From Octopus sinensis (lineage: Eukaryota), in NCBI RefSeq assembly GCF_006345805.1, contig NC_043000.1, positions 164,772,236 through 164,836,235 of the forward strand: a stretch of 64,000 nucleotides of DNA, read 5' to 3'. The first letter of the stretch is position 1; each line of letters begins with the position of its first letter. Made by a program: the position numbers and the translations under genes. Positions 1 through 11,093 of this stretch are shown here, piece by piece. Under the pieces are notes generated by a model. It saw nothing but the letters and a program-made list of their open reading frames with translations. It did not search any database and was not told the origin of the DNA.

Positions 1-619
1 TGTTTTTGAGCAAGATTGACACAGTTCTGAACATATTGTTACCATCACTCATGACTTTATTAAAGGGGTAAATTAATAAATTAAAGTAATTGTTGAACAT
101 TTTTCAATAAATTCAGTAAGGAACTTCACCTTCAGTTTAAATTTTAGATGGTTTCGTGAACAGAACGTATCGGAAAATTACAACACCAAAAGGGATAACA
201 TACTATGTAATAGAAATTTCTCCTTCAGAAATCTGTCTTTCTAACATTGCGATAGATGAATGAGTGATTACAATTTTGTAAATATTAAAAACGAAATTAA
301 TAAGGTACTTCACCTTCAATGTTCGTGAAAAAAGTTTAGCAGACGATAACCACTTTATCGTCTGTTCATAAATGGGAAAAAAAAGGAATACTTCGGTTAT
401 TTCCGGATAATTTCGGTTTAAACGTTATCAAATACTTGTCTGTAGATGTGTGTGTATGTGTGTGTGTGTGTTACATAGAGAGAGAGAGAGAGATAAAGAG
501 AGACAGAGAGAGACAGAGAGACAAACAGACAGACTGACAGACAGACAAAGAAAGAGAGCGTGAGATAGAGAGAAAGAGATGCGAGCGAGAGAGAGAAGGA
601 CAGATTGAAAGCACGCGTG

Positions 620-920
620 TGTGTATCTCTGAATGACAACTGTATTAACATTACTATCCCACTGCCACTCTATATTTGTCGCTTACACAACTCTGTCCTC
701 CATTTCCTTAATATCAGTTATATTCTCTATGGCACTGTGTTTTCTCTCTCACACACACACACTATATATATATCTGTAAATGTAACATGTGATAATTATT
801 CGGTAGCCATGATAAAACTCCAAGTTTCGGATGTCACATATTACATTTACAGATAAATTCCTCTGTTTACATAGTATCGAGGTCTCTTTCATTCTTTTGT
901 TGTCTTACCATTTTTATCAA
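620..920 (-). mobile_element. Penelope-like element tail fragment containing the 3' half of a hammerhead motif
   Basis: Minus strand of ~800-833 reads CATCCGAAACTTGGAGTTTTATCATGGCTACCGA, homologous to the hammerhead-bearing tail at 37480-37512. It is flanked by a 22-bp inverted repeat (771-792/834-855) and bounded by microsatellites. Confidence 0.5.
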
Positions 921-923
921 TAT

Positions 924-964
<41 letters not shown>

Positions 965-1226
965 CAATTAAGGACAACTACTTACTAAGGAAAACTTATC
1001 AAGAAATTGTCAGGTAGATAGCGTGAAAACCTCATAAGAGAATAAATTTTGAAAATAATTATTTCTTATTGAACATAGTAATTATATAGAGGGCATTATA
1101 CATACATGCCAGAGAGCATTATACATACATGCCACACGCTAAGAGGGACAATTAGTCATTTCTACCAAAAAATATTACTAATCCCACCGAATGCAATTTT
1201 TCAAAATAAGACATTTAAAAAATATA

Positions 1227-1272
1227 GACCTGTATCACAGTGATTTCATACTTACGTATTCATCAGCAGGCC
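1227..1272 (-). ncRNA. Type I hammerhead ribozyme (mirror copy)
   Basis: Reverse complement of the motif at 1467-1512. Confidence 0.85.
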
Positions 1273-1466
1273 TGAATGTATCATAAATAAACGACCCTGC
1301 CCCGCTCAAGCCGATCAGCTAACTGATCAACATCAGAAATGCAATTCGTAAAAGTATGCCATTTACAGGATGTAATATATGAAAACTCACCCATGTGCTT
1401 CGTTGATGTTGATCAGTTAGCTGATCGGCTTGAGCGGGGCAGGGTCGTTTATTTATGATACATTCA

Positions 1467-1512
1467 GGCCTGCTGATGAATACGTAAGTATGAAATCACT
1501 GTGATACAGGTC
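1467..1512 (+). ncRNA. Type I hammerhead ribozyme
   Basis: GGCCTG-CTGATGA-ATAC gtaa GTAT-GAAA-TCAC t GTGA-TA-CAGGTC: intact core, stems I/II/III, AUA cleavage triplet. Confidence 0.88.
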
Positions 1513-1673
1513 TATATTTTTTAAATGTCTTATTTTGAAAAATTGCATTCGGTGGGATTAGTAATATTTTTTGGTAGAAATGACTAATTGTCCCTCTTAG
1601 CGTGTGGCATGTATGTATAATGCTCTCTGGCATGTATGTATAATGCCCTCTATATATAATATATATATATTAT

Positions 1674-1729
<56 letters not shown>

Positions 1730-1860
1730 TGGAGGTTTGGAGAGGATGTACAGATATTTTATATTAGAAGAAATGAGGTACTCAGAAAATCGGATAGTTT
1801 ATATTTACAGATATTTATTTGTATATTACATGTTTTTATTCATCATATAACTTAGATCAT

Positions 1861-1900
1861 GTATTAGCGCTTTCTCCCATTCTAGTGGGGTTTTCAAATC
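1861..1900 (-). ncRNA. Hammerhead-like motif, U3-A8 variant
   Basis: Minus strand: GAT-TTGAAAA-CCCC actagaat GGGA-GAAA-GCGC-TA-ATAC; stem I is weak. Confidence 0.5.
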
Positions 1901-2980
1901 AAACTAAGTTCCTGTGTGAAAAGTTTTGACCATTTTATAGTGGTATTGAGTTTGTAGTGGTGGGGAGGAATATAAGACAGTACAAGAGGGTGATGGATGA
2001 GGAGAAAGTGAGAGAGAGAACATGTGTGCATGTGTGTGTGTGTGTGTGTGATTTTGTATTTGGAATGAGTGTTAAAGAAAAAGAGGGGAAGGGAGAGGGA
2101 AGAAGAAGAAAAGAATTTTTTTGCTCTGCTGGACAGGATGCTTACTCCAAGGGGGGGGGGGTTAAGATCTTGGGGAAAAAGAATTTGGGTTTTGACCATT
2201 TCATAGTGTTATTGAGTGTGTGGTGGCGGGGAGGTAGACCATAAATTACATTTCTTTTTATCATTGTGAGAGAGTGTGTGTGTGTGTGTGTGTTTAATGA
2301 GGGATGGTCAAATGGTTTTTTTGGTTGAGAGAAGAAGAATTCTTTTTATGATTGTTTTGTGGAGGTGTGTGTGTGTGTTTAATGAGGGTGTGTCTGTGTT
2401 GGTTTTTGAAAATACAACATTGAACAAAGGCTATCCTAATATTTGAATGAAACCATTTCACTTTAATTTGTGGAACCAATTGTTCCTGTATGATAAAACT
2501 TAATGTTTATTTAACTGTCAATCAGTGAGATATTAGACTAAATCAATTGAAGATCAGACAACAGATTCAGTAGTTGTCAATTTGTATTCTGTCATTTGTA
2601 ACTTCAACACAGGAGAGTCTCTTTTTCAAGTATGGACTGTATTAAACACACACACACACAGTTCTACACATGCTTTGACTTTTGGAAAATACAACATTGA
2701 ACAAAGGCTATCCTAATATTTGAATGAAACAATTTCACTTTAATTTGTGGAACTAGTTGCTCCTGTATGATAAAACTTAATATCTATTTAATCAGTGAGA
2801 TATTAGACTAAATCAGTTGAAGATCAGACAACAGACTCAGTAGTTGTCAGTTCGTATTCTGTCTTTTGTAACTTCAACACAGGAGAGTCTCTTTTTCAAG
2901 TATGGACTTTATAAAATTTTACTCATCATACATTGACGGACAAATCTTTCAATTTACAATTTAATATAGTGGAGCATTTA

Positions 2981-3024
<44 letters not shown>

Positions 3025-3659
3025 CCTGTTATATACATTATATTATTTTTGTAATTTACTTAATCTTTACTTTTTAATTGTCATTTTAATTTTAACTTTT
3101 CTATGATATGCAATTTTCTAGATGGTGTAATTTAATTGTTCATTTTGAATTGATAAAAGGTGTTTTTTTCTAATATTTTATGTATATGTATGTATATATA
3201 TATATATATAGTGGTATAAATATCAACACAATTATTTCTCCTTCCTCCTTTATTTTCTCCTCTCTTCCCTTCTTCAAACTCACAGACACACACCCACACA
3301 CACACACACACACGCGCACACACACAGACACAGACACACACACACACCTCCACAAAACAATAATAAAAAGAATTCTTCTTCTCTCAATCCAAAAAACCAT
3401 TTGACCATCCCTCATTAAACACACACACACACACACACACTCTCACAATGATAAAAAGAAATGTAATTTATGGTCTACCTCCCCGCCACCACACACTCAA
3501 TAACACTATGAAATGGTCAAAACCCAAATTCTTTTTCCCCAAGATCTTAACCCCCCCCCCTTGGAGTAAGCATCCTGTCCAGCAGAGCAAAAAAATTCTT
3601 TTCTTCTTCTTCCCTCTCCCTTCCCCTCTTTCTCTTTAGCACTCACCCCAGATACAAAT

Positions 3660-3691
<32 letters not shown>

Positions 3692-3815
3692 TGTTCTCTC
3701 TCTCACTTTCTCCTCATCCATCACCCTCTTGTACTGTCTAATATTCCTCCCCACCACTACAAACTCAATACCACTATAAAATGGTCAAAACATTTATCAC
3801 ACAGGAACTTAGTTT

Positions 3816-3855
3816 GATTTGAAAACCCCACTAGGATGGGAGAAAGCGCTAATAC
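3816..3855 (+). ncRNA. Hammerhead-like motif, U3-A8 variant
   Basis: GAT-TTGAAAA-CCCC actaggat GGGA-GAAA-GCGC-TA-ATAC; palindromic stem III (AGCGCT), stem I is weak. Confidence 0.5.
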
Positions 3856-3974
3856 ATGATCTGAGTTATATGATGAATAAAAACATGTAATATACAAATA
3901 AATACCTGTAAATATAAACCATCCGATCTTCTGAGTACCTCATTTCTTCTAATATATATATATATATATTCTCT

Positions 3975-4175
3975 CTTTTACTCTTTTACTTGTTTCAGTC
4001 ATTTGACTGTGGCCATGCTGGAGCATCGCCTTTAGTTGAGCAAATCGACCCTGGGACTTATTCTTTGTAAGCCCAGTACTTATTCTATCGGTCTCTTTTG
4101 CTGAACCGCTAAGTTACGGGGACGTAAACACATCAGCATCGGTTGTCAAGCAATGCTAGGGGGACAAACACAAAC
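3975..4175. mobile_element. Short interspersed repeat (SINE-like); further copies at 40438-40640 and 49262-49470
   Basis: Three similar ~200-bp copies (CTTGTTTCAGTCATTTGACTG...GGGGACAAACAC) flanked by microsatellites. Confidence 0.75.
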
Positions 4176-4206
4176 ACACAAACACATACACATATATATA
4201 TATATA

Positions 4207-6441
4207 GATCAATAAATGGTGGGGTTGTGTTGACCGCACGTGGAGAAATGATAAGTAACGAAAAATTTTTTTATAAAAAATGCAGAATGCTCAAATGAAA
4301 GAAAATTTTAATAAAATGAGAAAATGATAAAATATATAAATGTATATTTATTCAACCGGTTTTCGTCATTGTATGACTTGTCAAGAATATTTATGTTTTA
4401 AGAAGTTTTTTTTAAAAATTAGAAAGGGGAAAAAAAGAAAATTGCATTGTTTTTTGTAAAAGAATAATGATAAAAATGTACAAAAATTAAAAAATAAGTT
4501 CTCCGATACATTGTGAGTTCGTTGTGTATCTTGCGTTTTATGGTTGTTTACGAAAAAATTACCTTGAGGTGTTAAGATCCAAAGGGATTAAGAGCATGTG
4601 TTGTGTTGTGTTGTTAAATTCAGCATGTTGCAGGACAGGAAGTAGTAGTAATTGTGGTCCTGGTTCTTCAGTTCCTGTGTTGTGAGTAAGGGGAGACAAC
4701 TCTTTTGAGTTCTTCAATAAAACCCAAATTATAAAACTATCATTTTAGCTTCATTTGCATTATCTTTTTTATATAATTGCTTGTTAACTTAACTTTCAGA
4801 TTTTAACACTTTATTTATATTATTTTCTAATAATATAAATCTGCATAGACAATTGCATTTCAAATTGTCATATCATTTATAATAAAAATGATAGTAATAA
4901 CAACAATAGTAAAAATGATATTTAAAGAATATAAGTTTTAGCTTGAAGTGATGAATGCATGGTATCTTTATATATTTGTGTTAGTCCATCCATGAAAAGT
5001 GAGGTAGAGAAAGGAAGTTTGATCAACGAGGAGTTTGCATATTAAGTTGTGTTTGGAATTTTTCAATAAAGAGATTCTCCTTGTTAATTCTCTCCTGTGT
5101 GGTGATCCCGTCTTTACATTGGTAGAAGGGGAATATATAGAATTTGGGGTTTAAGTCTTTAGCACATGAGTCTAAGTGGTCACTCAGTGGAATTTGTCGG
5201 TATTCCGGGAGATTTATTTGTTCTTTATGCACCGTTACTCGTTTACGTAACGGGAGACTCGTTTGTCCAACATAATTATGTTGGCAACCAGCGCATGTGA
5301 GAACGTAGATAAGGTTCTCGGAGGAACAGGAGAAGTTAGTCTTGATTTTAAACTTCGTACCTTGTTTGAAGGTAAATTCAGAGCCTTCAAGTAGAAAGGG
5401 GCAGGTACCACAGTTTGAGCGTGCACATTTTTTTACTGTTGGGGGTGGATGTGGTGTGTGAAGTTTGGCATTTGTCAAGAGTTTTTTTAAAGATTTGTGT
5501 TGCCTTTTGCATTTGAGGATTTTGTGTGTATTTATAATGTTTTTCATTTTTGGGTCTGTTGACAGTAGACTGAGGTTTTGTATGATTGTGGTGTATGCTT
5601 CGATATTTTTGGGGTTGTGGGTGGAAATGTATGGAAGTATTTTGAGGTTGTGTGTGGTGTTAGGTTGGGTGGTTTTCAGTGTAGTGTTGTCTAGTTCTTT
5701 GGCGCGTTTTATTCCATACTCTATAAGGGTGGAGGGATATTGACGTTGTAATAGTGTTTTTTTGAGGTCTTGAAGGCGTATTTCTCGTGTTTTTGGATCC
5801 GAGACAATGGTGCATACCCTTTTAGCTAAATTGAAAGGGATATTTGTCTTGGTGTGTTTTGGGTGGCATGAACTAAAGAGGAGGTATTGTTGTGAGTCTG
5901 TAGGTTTGTGGTAGATGTCTGTTATGATTTGGTTCTTAGGTGTTTTTATAATTAGGAGATCAAGGAATGGGAGATGATGTTTGCTTAATTCCATAGTGAA
6001 TTGGATGTTGGGATGTATGTTGTTTAGTATGGTTTTGAATTCCAGGAGTTTTTCATAAGGTTCTTTCCATATGATGAAACAATCATCTAAATACCTTTTC
6101 CAGTTTTCCATTAGGTAGGTGTGGAAAACATGTCCAAATTTCTGGCTTGATATTTCATAGAGTGACAGTTCGAAGTAACCCATTATGAGGTTCGCAAGGA
6201 CTGGTGCAGCCTTGGTACCCATCGCAATGCCACATTTTTGACGGTAGTGTGTGTCGTCGAAGAGAAAAAAATTGTTTGTCAGAATGAACTTAAGAGATTC
6301 TGTAATAAAAGACTTGTTAATGCGGTCAGGGAATGTCTCTGGGTGTTTTTCTAGCCAGAAGTCAATTGCCTCTATACCATACTCATGTGGAATGTTGGTG
6401 TAGAGGTTGATGACATCAAAGGATACCAGGAGTGCCTCCTC
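4207..6441 (-). mobile_element. Penelope-like retroelement, 5'-truncated (RT + GIY-YIG endonuclease)
   Basis: ORF 5023-6549 has SFDVINLYTNIP, GIAMGT, RYLDD and CSSENLIYVLTC..YVGQT..R...H. The real coding part ends at a (TA)n tract near 6441. The AT-rich 3' tail carries a hammerhead. Confidence 0.92.
4349..4389 (-). ncRNA. Minimal hammerhead motif, U3-A8 variant, in Penelope 3' tail
   Basis: Minus strand: TATTC-TTGACAA-GTCAT aca ATGAC-GAAA-ACCGG-TT-GAATA; same sense as the PLE ORF; apparent one-nt extra A. Confidence 0.7.
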
Positions 6442-7195
6442 ACATATATATATATATATGTATTCTTCTAATATAGGATAAAATTCTTTCAAAAATATTT
6501 CAAGCGCCCAGCATATTAAAATACCTTTTAAGGTGAAAATTATAAACAATTATAAATTAAGGCAAAAAAAATTTTCTATGTCAAAATACTGCGAAATAAA
6601 CTTTAAATCATCAATCACTACATACAATACACTCACATACACACACACACCACACACACACAAATATTTATGTGTGTATTATGTATGTATGTATGTATGT
6701 ATGTATGTATGTATACACGTACATAGTATTGGTTACAAACCTAATGTTTGTATTGATATATAGAATAGGAAGAACAATTTGTCACAGCTAAGCATTTATG
6801 ATGTTTAAAAAAAACTGTATTAGTCACTGATCTATTATGGGCATTGATATCTAAATACCAATGGGCAACTTGATTTAACCAGTTGCAGTATGTAAAAAAT
6901 GGTTAAGAAACAATGTCCTGACACAAATACATAAGCGGTCCAACAACTAAGAGACGCGAGTTATTTATAATAGATTCTATGGCAAAGGAAAGTATTTGGA
7001 GGGGGAAACCATTCATAAATTATTGTACAGATTGACAAATTTTGTTGTTTATTTTGTTTTCTCAGATTCAGTTTCTCTTGTTTAGCTTCATCTCTCACCA
7101 CGAAGACCTTTCATTCAAGGTATTGAAACCACGTCTTTTATTCAGACATTATATATTCAGAACTATGTTATACAATGTTATTTTTAAAGATAGTT

Positions 7196-7544
7196 GGTTA
7201 GGGTTAGGGTTAGGGTAAAGGTTTAGGTTAGGATTAGAATTAGGGCTAGGGCTAGGGTTAATTTAGGGTTAAGGTTAGGTGTAGGGTTAGAATTAGGTGT
7301 AGGGTTAGGGTTAGGGTTTGGGGTAGGGTTAGGGTTAGAGGGTTAGGGTTAGAGGGTTAGGGTTAGAGTGTTAGGGTTAAAGGGTTAGGGTTAGAGGGTT
7401 ATGGTTAGGGGGTTAGGGTTAGAGGGTTAGGGTTAGAAGGTTAGGGTTAGAGGGATAGGGTTAGAGGGTTAGGGTTAGAGGGTTAGTGTTAGGGTTAGGG
7501 TTAGGGTTAGGGTTTGGGTTAGGGTTAGGGTTAGGGTTAGGGTT
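7196..7544 (+). repeat. Telomeric (TTAGGG)n tract, degenerate on the left and near-perfect on the right
   Basis: ~350 bp of TTAGGG with variants, including a TTAGAGGG-TTAGGG 14-mer block. Confidence 0.95.
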
Positions 7545-7594
7545 TATATCGATTGGGACAATCATATCAATGAGGAGGCATGTTCTTTGTCTGA
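7542..7594 (-). mobile_element. Internal 53-bp fragment of Dong/R4 family A fused to the telomeric tract
   Basis: Near-identical to 8673-8725. Confidence 0.85.
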
Positions 7595-7620
7595 TTATTA
7601 TTATTATTATTATTATTATT

Positions 7621-8180
7621 GAGTGAGCGAGCAGAGCATGCCATCAAAGTGACACTGGGGTAAAATATACGAAGCCCAGTATACCCATCATGACTACCCG
7701 TCTGATAAGGGTACACCAGGCACATGCATCACAACCATATGTGCGCGATATGGTGATCTCATATCAAGATAAACAGCACATGACCTTGCAGGTGGAGCCC
7801 AGTTAGAATTTTCTTCAGTTTGAGTAACCCATCCCGCTCAAAAGGTCCCTGAATAAGGGTTGTTTAAGGACGTTGAACGAAATACCCATGTTTCCAGAGG
7901 TGAATTATTCAAACCCCAAAGAATCCTTCTCAACACATGGCTATGATGCTCCCCCACTACTTCTGCTCGTGATCAGAGATGCACATATCGTCAGCCACTA
8001 AGGGACATGCTCAACTGGTTAAGGTCAAACAACTGACAAGCAAATCTGTGGTATTGAGCAGAATATTTGCTGTAGCCCATCTTTTATACCAAGACAAATC
8101 AATGTACACGATAACACTTCAAATCAGTTAAGATCAGAAGCCATGAGATCCATTGCCTGGTAATGCATCAGAGCATTTAC
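7621..8180 (-). mobile_element. Non-coding ~560-bp interspersed element inserted in (TAA)n (probable non-autonomous Dong-associated element)
   Basis: No ORF; (ATT)n on both sides like the neighbouring Dong copies; strand is inferred. Confidence 0.5.
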
Positions 8181-8183
8181 TGA

Positions 8184-8245
<62 letters not shown>

Positions 8246-8248
<3 letters not shown>

Positions 8249-9540
8249 GTTTGACTTTTGCTTTATGTCTGTACAAGTTGGCTCCAAGTCTCACCCAGAG
8301 ACCTCAAGAGACAACAGGTTGGAAGTTCACGTTGTTGTTAAGCCCAGTGTGCCATATATTTGGGGGTTTTTTGTGTTGTACTAGTGAATGTCTAAAAAAA
8401 AAAAACGATAATTATGTTTGTTTTAAACCTTGAGATTACATAGAAAGTATTTTGCATAGGATATGAGCAGTTCCCATGAGCACTATCTTTTGAATTTCTG
8501 CCATTTTGGGGTTTCCTGGTATCTGAGTTAGGTAGCAATCAGCCCCTTTCGCTATCATTCCCAGGGCACCTATGACAACAGGTATTGTTTTAGTCTTCAG
8601 CTTCCACATTTTGCTGATTTCTATTTCAAGATCTTTATATTTGTTCAGTTTCTGGTAGGTCTTGACAGATACGTTTATATCGATTGGGACAGTCATATCA
8701 ATGAGGAGGCATATTCTTTGTCTGAAGTCTTTCAATATGATGTCTGGCCTATTTGCATCTATCTTTCTGTCAGATTGAATGGTGAAGTTCCAGAGGAGTG
8801 AGATGTGGTCATTTTCAAGCACTGGAGGTGGATTGTGTTCCCACCAGTTTTTTTCATGGGGCAAATCCAGGTTTTTGCAAATTACCCAGTGAATATATTG
8901 TGCAGCTCTATCATGCCTGTTGGGGTACTCTGTAGGCGCTAGAAGACTGCATTTGGAGACAACATGATCAATGGTTTCATTTTGTTGTCGGCATATACGA
9001 CATGTTGGGCTACTGCCGTTCTTTAATATGTTGGCCTGGTAGTTTCTTGTTGGTAGGCATTGATCTTGAGCTGCTATGATAAACCCTTCTGTTTCAGATT
9101 TTAAGCCAGAGGCCATTAGCCATTGATGGGTCAGGGCTTTGTCATATCTGCATTATTCGCTCTCTGGGTATTTGCCATAGAGAGGTTTTTCTTGCCATTT
9201 ATTATTCAGAATATCTAAGGCCGCAGTTTTGGCACGGGTTTTCATGCGCCTAGCTTTTTTCTGTGCTTGTTTCTTGTATGTCTATCTCTAATTCTGAAAT
9301 TTGTTGTATTCGGAATTCACTTAGATATTCCTTTGCCTGTTTTGTTACTGAGTATGATGCTTTTGTTTTCATGTTTTGAGACAAGTTTTAACATCCAGTC
9401 CTCAGACTTTTTCAGGTAGGTGTCTAGGCCAATTGTAGCAATCTTCATTGTTATTGCCAGTTGTAAAAGACCACGGCCTCCCTCTTTTCTTGGCAGATAA
9501 AGTCGTTCTGTATCTGCCTTAGGGTGGTGCATTCTGTGCA
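8246..9540 (-). mobile_element. Dong/R4-clade non-LTR retrotransposon family A, 5'-truncated (CCHC + restriction-like endonuclease)
   Basis: CRICRQQNETIDHVVSKC, RHD, ANRPDIILKD, K..KYKDL; flanked by (ATT)n. Confidence 0.9.
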
Positions 9541-9560
9541 TTATTATTATTATTATTATT

Positions 9561-11071
9561 CAGTAGTTTTATTTTTTATAGCATGCTTTCACTTCACTAC
9601 CGAGCGCAGCTCTATGTGCTGTGATTTGTTGTGATGCTCTGATGGTTATTGTATGGAAAGTGTTCTGCGTAGGATGTGTGCAGTGCCTAGTAGTGCAATT
9701 TTCTGTATGTTATATGTGTTTGTAAGTCCTGGTGTTTTTGTTATATATTAGTCTGAATATTTTTTATCATGCCTAATGCACCTACTATGATAGGAATTGT
9801 TTCTGTTTTAGATTCCACATTCTGGTTACCTCCATTTCCAGTCTTTGTATTTTGAAAGTTTCTCCATTTCTTTTAGAGACACATTGTCATCTGCCGGTAT
9901 TGATACATCAATTAGAAAGCATTTTTTTCCTTCATGATCTCTGACAACTATATCTGGTCTGTTGCCTTAATTTCTCTATCTGTGTGTATCGGCATATCCC
10001 AAAGTATGGTTGCTTTTTCGTTTTCTGTGACCTTTTCTGGTGGTGCCTATACCATCTTTTTTCTGTTGTTATTCCATAATGTTGGCATAGCTTCCAATGT
10101 ATGTAGGTTCCAACTCTGTCATGTCTGTGAAATATTCCTTTTAGCCAGGACTGGGCAGCCAGAGATAATATGATATTATTGTTTCTTGTCCATCTCCACA
10201 TATTCTGCAGTTACTTGTAATAATTTCTTTTCATTACATGTTTTTGGTAATTTCTGGTGGGGAGGCTTTGGTCTTGTGCTGCAATTAAAAATCCCTCTGT
10301 CTCTGCTTTGAGTCCTGAGCTCCTCAACCTTGCTGGGATTTTTTTGTCTATTTCTTTTGCATTTAGTTAGTGCAGTATTACCGTGAAGGGGTTTTTCTTG
10401 CCATCGTTTTATCATGGTTCTTTGCTGTTCTAGTTTTAGTTTGGATTCATTTGTTTTATAGCTTTTGTTGTTTTCATTCTTCTTCTTCTTCTTGTTCTTC
10501 TTCTTATATTTGTTAGGTGGTATGATTTCTTGTTTGTATTTGTCAGCTTCCTTAAATACCGAGAACAGTTTTTTGTTTTGCTCGTGTTTTCCCGCTATTT
10601 GTATCAGTTTTCCTTCCTCCTGAAATAGATATTTTTGCAGTGCTATGGTGGTTATTTTATAGTAGTTTTCCAGCTGTATAAGGCCTCTACCACCTTCTAT
10701 ACATTGTGTATATAGTCTTTCTATGTCAGATTTTGGGTGATGCATCCTAGACCCTGTCATTATTTTTCTTGTTTTCCTATCTATTTTGGTCAGTTCATTT
10801 AGTGTCCAGTTAAGGATATTGTAGCTGTAACTTATAACTGGGACAGCTAAAGTGTTAATACCAATTATCTTGTTTTTAGCATTGAGCTCTATTTTTAGTA
10901 TTGATCTAACTCGTCTATAATATTCTTTTTTATTTTCTCTTTCATTTGTGTGTGTTGTGTCTTATCTAGTTCATGGATTCCTAAGTATTTGTAAGTTTGG
11001 CTTTGGTCTAATTCTTTTATTTCATTGGTTTTATCTAGTGTGATGTTGCTACTCTTAACTAGTTTTCCTCT
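9561..11071 (-). mobile_element. Dong/R4-clade family B, 5'-truncated, frameshifted
   Basis: Near-identical to 11094-12610; HHPKSDIERLY..GGRGL; (ATT)n flanks. Confidence 0.9.
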
Positions 11072-11093
11072 TATTATTATTATTATTATTATT

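Larger units (their letters stand above)
1083..1656. repeat. Perfect 253-bp inverted repeat (1083-1335 / 1404-1656) with a 68-bp spacer; Penelope pseudo-LTR fold-back
   Basis: The arms are reverse complements by direct reading, each arm carries a hammerhead, and the unit sits between (TA)n tracts. Confidence 0.9.
1730..3955. mobile_element. Inverted pair (~620-bp arms, ~1760-2378 / ~3337-3955) of a Penelope-type tail repeat; spacer holds a ~230-bp tandem duplication
   Basis: The arms are near-identical reverse complements and the same family recurs at 42828-43657. The spacer duplication is at ~2408-2640 and ~2685-2909. Confidence 0.75.

Noticed and set aside
418-3639. Many short ORFs rich in YI, CV, TH and SL (also 37431-37825, 49379-50100, 60531-62065)
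   Set aside because: Translations of (TA)n, (GT)n and (GA)n microsatellites; not genes.
6442-6549. N-terminus of the 508-aa ORF
   Set aside because: Read-through into flanking (TA)n and unrelated DNA; the element is 5'-truncated.
7066-7119. Possible 54-nt exon (TTTTCTCAG acceptor, AAG/GTATTG donor)
   Set aside because: No recognisable protein and no linked exons; splice-like signals are common by chance.
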